A DNA stretch of 63,858 nucleotides, the filler included, from Neophaeotheca triangularis (lineage: Eukaryota): NCBI GenBank assembly GCA_054600435.1. It is 3 parts of 3 records of this genome, joined end to end, with 100 filler letters (N's around TTAATTAATTAA, not from the genome) between each part and the next. Parts side by side here need not be neighbours in the genome. Positions count along the whole stretch, not along the records: positions 48,865 to 63,858 come from BAAIJX010000120.1; 2 more parts are not named here. One strand, written 5' to 3'. Both the position numbers and the translations under genes were made by a program. How positions within the stretch are numbered: position 1 is the first letter of the stretch; each line of letters begins with the position of its first letter. This document shows, one piece after another, positions 57,911 to 63,858 of the stretch. The notes under the pieces were generated by a model, which saw only the letters and a program-made list of their open reading frames with translations, did not search any database and was not told where the DNA came from.

Positions 57911-58540
57911 ATGTCCGTCGTCCACCTCTACGCCGAAGGAGCAGATGGCGCTTCCGGCCTAGTCGATGTGCTCGACGAGCGCATCATAGTTGCACACAGC
58001 AAGACCATACGCAACGCGGTTGCAGCAAAGCCGCCAGCTGTAACCAAAGACATCACCATCACCGGGGCCGCCCCAGCTGCGCTTCGATTCGTGACCTCCT
58101 ACATCAAGACTCTGAAACGAAAAGAGGCTCTTCACCTCCAAGTCCGACCACTCCCACTCATCAAGGCAATTGCAATCTACCAGGCTGTCGAGGCTCTCCA
58201 AGTCGAGCCTGCTCAACCACACGTCGAAGGCCACATCATCGGCTACACCTCGCACATGCCCATCACGGCCGACGAAATGATCGCGATCCACAAGGTCTTC
58301 CGGGAGCGCATGGCACAGAGCAAGACATGGACGGTCATGGTACACCAGGTTGCGTGGAACATCGCGAATGGGAAGGTCACGGCGGCCTACGAGACAAGCA
58401 TCATCGATGCCTGTCAAGCCTACCCGGAGCTACTCGAGGCGATTGACGCGAGAGGGAAATACCTCGCATCGATGCACGATCCACAGAGAAGGCAGCAGGC
58501 TATCGACAACGCGAGGGAGGTGCAGGAGAGGGAGGAGTAG
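57911..58540 (+). CDS. Hypothetical protein, degenerate BTB/POZ-like, 209 aa
   Basis: LDERIIVAHSKTIRNAV..DITI..AALRFVTSYI; coding-like codon usage; TATTTAAA upstream near 57727. Confidence 0.75.
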   Translation: MSVVHLYAEGADGASGLVDVLDERIIVAHSKTIRNAVAAKPPAVTKDITITGAAPAALRFVTSYIKTLKRKEALHLQVRPLPLIKAIAIYQAVEALQVEPAQPHVEGHIIGYTSHMPITADEMIAIHKVFRERMAQSKTWTVMVHQVAWNIANGKVTAAYETSIIDACQAYPELLEAIDARGKYLASMHDPQRRQQAIDNAREVQEREE

Positions 58541-60083
58541 GAGGAGTAGATAAGAAGGAGGTGGGAGGAGTGAGCTACCAAACTTTCTTACCCTGTATAC
58601 CTTAGCTGAGAGCGGGCGTTCGAATGCAGTACGAGGTGGTTTATTATTTGAGCTTTTCCTCACCTTAAAGATGCCTCTCTCCGTCCTAATGCTGCACTCC
58701 TCCGCTCAACTTTCCCCAGCACAATTGTTTACCGACGGTACAGACCTTTCCATTATAAGCGTAGAAGATGATAAACCCGCCCGCTGCATGCAAAATCATA
58801 GCACCCGGTTAAGCCTTGAAGCGCAAGAGCGACCTCGGGATGTGAGCATCCTAGAAGCCAGGCCGGGAAGTCCACCCTCGCTTGCCTGCCTCTTCTACTT
58901 GCTTAAACTTTTCTACTTTACCGTAGAGGCTTCCTTTTCGCAGTATTGTAGTTATTCCGTCCGCTAAGACTAGACCGGTGTCGCAGGCGAGTTGACCTCT
59001 CTTTCCCGTGGAACTAGTCTTCAAGGCTGCTCGCCGTAATCATAAGGCCTCGAACCGCTCCTTTCGTTGCGAAAGACCTGGCTAAGATGCAGGCGTGGTG
59101 CGAGACTCGAGAGGATGGCTTTCTAAAGAAATGTGCTGCGATTTGAGTCTACAAGATAGTGGAAACGCTACTGTAATCAAAGTCTTCGTTGTGCGACAAG
59201 TACTTGGCGGTTGGTTACCTGTCAGCGTTCCACAGTCTCTAGTATGGAGATGTTGTGGGTATTCTTCGATGACCAAGCCGTCTGTGCTAGTCGAAGGGTT
59301 GATGAGTACGAGGAACAGCGAACTGGGTAGGCATAACTGTCGAGCTCTCATCTCGAGAGTTGGAAAGGGTGGCATAAGACGAAGAAAGAGGATGTTACCG
59401 GAGCCGCGTTGCTGCAGATCCGAGACAAGCGCAACAGCTGTATCTTCTTCGAGGGCTTCAAATGAGCTTGACGATACTTGGACGAGGCTTGGATACTTGA
59501 GGGCACGTCGGCCTCCGCCTGATCGGAACTTGACGACATCGACACGATTTAACAGCGACGCAGATAGCCTCGCCTTTGATGGAAAAACCGCGCTTAGCAA
59601 CGGTAGTGTGGTGGCTGGGAACGATCGTCTTCCGACATCTGGAGAAGCTCGCGGCAGTGACAAGATGCAGAAGATGCAGAAGATCTTTACTCTATGCACA
59701 AGAGGTACCGACACGAAGGAGCGAGCGATTTAGCTCCGGGGTTGGGCGCGGATCGAGCTCTCCCGAACGGCAGGACTGGCTTTCTTTCAACTTCACGGCT
59801 TGGCGAGGCTTTCGTGCTCTGCAAATATCCAAACATTGCGAAAGTCTTCCGCTTGTAGACGAGACGGATCGAACGACAAAGGAACAGTAGTAGTGTCTGT
59901 CCTCAAAGTGACGTCGGCGTCGGCGTTGATGATGTTGTTTCTGTCGTCATGCGTTGATCTCGGACTTGTGGTCCTGCACATCCGGACTCGAACTCGGAGA
60001 GCCGCAACCCTGACCCGGATATGCCAAGTTGTCCGACGTCCGAATCCAAAACAACCTAACTTGGAACACTGCGTCAAGACGGG

Positions 60084-60109
60084 ACAACGACAACAACAAC
60101 AACAACAAC
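60084..60109 (+). repeat. (CAA)n microsatellite
   Basis: acaacgacaacaacaacaacaacaac read directly. Confidence 0.8.
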
Positions 60110-60784
60110 GTTTATGATAACGTCAGCCTCGTCATGCCAAAAGCTACGGTATCCACGGAAGTTGGAAGAGTGAAAAGGGATTCGACTTCAGTACGTACCT
60201 TTACCAGCGTTTACCGTGGCGGGAAAGTGCACTCGCCGGTTCGGGGGAACCAAAAAGTCATCTCAGCCTTCCCCGACCCTCACCGCAACGGTTTCGGAGA
60301 ATACGCGTGCTTCCCCGTCTCGCATCAGAGCAACATGTCGTCGAAGAGTGTTGTGTGTCTCAGAGAGGCAAAACCCTAAGACTTGTTGCCTCAAATGGGC
60401 CCCCGTCGGAGATGGCCTGGCACCAATCACGACCGACTGGCGCCGGCATATCCCCAAGCAGCCTTTACCGTTGGGTAATAACCACAACCATCTGAGCCTC
60501 GTGGGGGGCAAGGGCGACCTTGCGTTGATCACGGTGGAGAAGGCGCGGCGTCATGCAGTGGAGGCATGACAAGTGACGAATGCGTGGCCGCTTATCCCTG
60601 CGCCTCCAATCGTCAAATAGGTAAGGTAGGTTCAAGGGTTTCAAGTATTTACCAAGACAGCGTTTTGTTTTCCTTCTCTTCCTTTACCCCATTTCTCACC
60701 TCTGCTTTTCCGATCTTCATACCGTCGGCTACTTCTAATCAAATCCTGCTTTTGACTTTACCAGATACAATCAAAACCACCAAC

Positions 60785-62206
60785 ATGCGCGCAACCACTA
60801 CCGCCCTCCTCGCTACCAGCGCCGCCCTCGCATCCGCCCAACGCGGCAATTGGGGCCCCGGCGGCGACAACGACGGCCACAATGGCTGGAACAACTACGG
60901 TCCTTTCGCGGGCAACAGCTGCCTCAACTCCTGCACCTCGTCGATCGACTCCTCTTGCAATGCCGGCGACATGGCATGCTACTGCAACAACAACATCGGC
61001 GACATGAACGACTGCATCGAGTCCTCGGACTGCAGCGATAGCGAAAAGAGCGATACATACCAAGCCATAGCGCAAGTGTGCGCGAACGCCGGGGCGACGA
61101 CTACAGCCGCTCCGCAGGCCAGCTTCAGCGCTACTAGTGGTGCGTCAAACCCGAGTACGAGCTGGGAAGGCGGTTGGCGCGGGGGTTGGCGGTATGGACA
61201 AGGTCGTGGTGATGCGCAGAGTCAGACTGATGTCAGGAGCTTGACAAACGAGTGGGCTACTGCGTCTTCTGTCTGGGCTAGTTGGGCGAGCGAGAAGGGC
61301 ATGCCGACTGATACTGCTGCTTGGGGTATGTGATTTCCGACATTTCCGTTGCCTGCAGTTGCAAGCCTTGTCGCAAGCCTCTTCGCTCGCCCGATTGGAC
61401 CGGGCGTGAGGGTCGCAAGTTAGCATTGCTTCACCGCTGCTACTGCCGCTGTCGATGCCTACACCCTACCATCTCAGCTTTCCCCACCTTACCACTGCAG
61501 CCCAGCTTTCACCTTCCATCTCATCTCCGATCCCCCCAGCTGACAACACTCACAGACGGTACAGCCTACCCAACTGCCAGCTGGGCATCTCACTGGGCAA
61601 CCGAAACCCGCTCTGGCGACGGCTGGGGTCCTGGCGGCGCCTACGGACCAGGTGGCTCCGGCGGCTGGAACCCCGGCAACGGCTACGGACCCTTCGGCCA
61701 GAATGGTGCCGGCAACGGGTGGGGTCCTTGGGCCTCCCGCAGCGGCGAGAGCTGGACCGCCGGCCCCTGGACGAGCTGGTGGGGCGGCAACGGCAACGGC
61801 GATGGTTGCCCGGGGAGCACCTGGTCCGGTAAGTCACCATCTCCATTTACTCCCGCACGCTGCACGCAAGAAAGTACGGTCGTACTGATCATGAACAGGC
61901 TGGACAAACGGTCCTTGGTCTACCAACGCCCCTTGGACCACTTGGTCTGGCTGCCAGGCTTCCACGACCGCGACCTCGACTGTGACCAACACTGTCACCA
62001 ACTCCGCTGGCGAGGCCGAAGTTACTACAAGTCTCGACTTTGGCGTGCAAGTTGCCGCCGCGAGCCAGGACGGCGAGCTTGTGAGCGGTAGTGGAAGTGA
62101 CTCTGCTGCCATGGGCGTGAGGGGCAAAAGTGTGGAGGCTGGGATGACGGCGCTTGTAGCTGGGGTTCTAGCGGTTGCTGTCGGTGTGGGTGCCGTGGTT
62201 TTGTAG
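60785..62206 (+). CDS. Secreted CFEM-domain, Gly/Trp-rich, probably GPI-anchored cell-wall protein; exons 60785-61325, 61556-61828, 61899-62206
   Basis: Signal peptide, 8-Cys CLNSC..C..D..CYC..C..C..C, GWGPGG/GPWTSWWG repeats, S/T-rich region, hydrophobic C-terminal tail; GT-AG introns keep the frame. Confidence 0.85.
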
Positions 62207-63858
62207 ATTGGGGGTTGAGAATGTATAAGTATGGGCGGACGGAAGTTCAATGAGAGGATGTACCTTTCGGGCGTTTTCGGGGATACCATTGAACGAGATA
62301 CTGGGCTTAAAGCTGTGCAGTGACGAAAATACAGAATGATATTGTCATACACGAACGATCAATTAAATGTGCTACCACGCTCCCGCTCTTCTCTTTTCAA
62401 CACGGTTTTGCAAGGCGCTTTGCGAGGCTTGCTACTATGGCATGCCACGCTCAGACCGTGTTCAAACATGGCCAAAGTGAACGTCCCGCGCACCTCCGCT
62501 CCCCCGCCTCCTCCTTACGCTGCTATAGAGTTTTACAACCGCTCAGCTCGCAGAACAGCAACTCCCAAAGCGTGGATCACAACTGCAGAGAGGGCCTTGA
62601 ACCGCCTGACAGCCCCCGCGGCCGTGTTGGGGTGGGAGGGAAACCTTTGCCATTCCGACGGATGTACTGCAAGCGCACAACATCCTGACGAGAGACGGCA
62701 TTCTTAGTGAGTCGTTTTGAGTACGTCGATGTTTCTATTTCCCTCGCTACCGTAGAAACCTTCCTCACCCGTACCGATTGGGGAGAATGAAAGCGTGGAA
62801 GTAGGCACTTTCCGGTGCGTCAGGCGTTGCGATTACGGGGTAGGTGGAAGGCTTATCGCGGCAACTCGGACTCCTGATGCCAGGAGATTAGTCAGGGAAG
62901 GGAGGTGTGGTCTCCTTGAACTGATTCGGGAGAGTCCTGCCTAGCAGAGCGTCAAGGCCGAGGGGAGACAGTCCTTGGCTTTCGAGAACGAGGCTTTCGT
63001 CGAGAAGATTGGGGCAGGCCCAGCAGTGCGAGCGTTACGAATCTGGCCAACGGACCGCTGCACGATGAAATCCTTAGGTCGCACTGCTCCGGCAACGCAC
63101 TGTCCGGTCTCCAGGGCCGGCGCGTTAGCTGCCCTTCAAGTGTGAGCATCGGGCTTTGATGAGCCCTGCCTCCGTGCCTCAAGTTTGGGCCTCGAGGTCA
63201 GCGGCGGTTGGGGGCAGCGTCGCTGTGCTATGCGTGCCCGGAGCGCTTCATGAGCCTCAACTGCATTGGACTGGGGATGTAGATGGCTTTGCCGAATCGG
63301 GCATTAGTTAGTCGCTGCACAAGGTAGAAGACATGCTACAGCGGCGTTAGCGAGCGCTGGGGGTTTGATTCTTTCCACCACCAGCTGGAGCCTGGGGGAC
63401 AACCGCTTGGAGAGGCTGATTAACGTGAGCATCGATATTTGATGTCAAGGGTATGAACCTGGTCCACATATCTAGGCCAGCACTTCACGGGCGTAGGTGT
63501 CTTGTTCCTCAGTAAGTCAGAACGGTTAACAAGAGCGCTACACTGATCAGAACGGCTACTGATGATTTACGATGAGCCAGCGCGATGAATGCTCGTTGCA
63601 GAAGCATTTGCAGAAGGTCGGTGAGAAGCTTGATCGGGGAGCCTTTCGCATACATATAACCGAGGAGAAGAGAAGAGAAGATAGTCCAAGAGATGAGGTG
63701 TGTCCATGCAGCCACCTTGTGTTCCCTCTTGCCATCTATTCAGCTTGATACAAAATGATAGCTGAGCTCCACTGTGTGAATTATTGACCCAACGAGGCCG
63801 GGGGGGGGGGGGGGGGGGGGGGGGGGTTTAAAAAAAAAAAACACCCAAAACAAATATA

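Noticed and set aside
58880..58925. Pyrimidine tract faintly similar to the 4175-4231 repeat core
   Set aside because: Match is short and low-complexity; could be chance
59082..59733. Overlapping 210/212-aa ORFs on opposite strands
   Set aside because: Both have non-ATG starts, S/R-rich composition and no domain; at most a decayed gene
62336..63715. Short ORFs near the right end (62336-62707, 63509-63715)
   Set aside because: No homology cues or consistent splice structure; insufficient support

Overview
The window is three unrelated fungal contigs joined by artificial 100-nt spacers (N44-TTAATTAATTAA-N44 at 24417-24516 and 48765-48864). The organism is a filamentous ascomycete with active RIP, most consistent with a Mycosphaerellales/Capnodiales-type Dothideomycete (inference from retained mitochondrial atp9, an intron-free rnl, genes on both mt strands and the T-M-M-L-E-A-F-L-Q-H-M tRNA block). 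Contig 1 (1-24416) is a chromosome end. It carries an STL1-like sugar porter, a divergent TEL2/CDC1 pair flanked by an inverted repeat, and a Dal5/ACS-type MFS gene. A RIP-mutated subtelomere follows, in which a complete 7.4-kb Ty3/gypsy chromovirus (538-bp LTRs, TAGGT target duplication) sits inside a dead PhyH/2OG-Fe(II)-fold dioxygenase gene next to a dead DUF3716-like Cys-rich gene, and the contig ends in (TTAGGG)19. Contig 2 (24517-48764) is a partial mitochondrial genome: cob, rns, rnl, 20 tRNAs, atp9, cox2, cox3, nad4L, nad5, nad4, nad1, two group I introns with LAGLIDADG ORFs, and a free-standing PD-(D/E)XK nuclease-like ORF followed by a 79-bp copy of nad4. Contig 3 (48865-63858) is another chromosome end. 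It carries (CCCTAA)20, a Cu-transporting P1B ATPase ~0.8 kb from the telomere, two small paralogous orphan genes (one split by a hAT-type MITE), two divergent BTB-like paralogs and a CFEM/GPI cell-wall gene. The best candidates for undescribed systems are (i) an antisense Zn(II)2Cys6/coiled-coil/acidic-tail ORF in the retrotransposon together with a 56-bp repeat array in its LTRs, (ii) the repeated dioxygenase + DUF3716 cassette, and (iii) the mitochondrial PD-(D/E)XK ORF with its nad4 tag. All family assignments are from motif recognition by eye; no searches were run.
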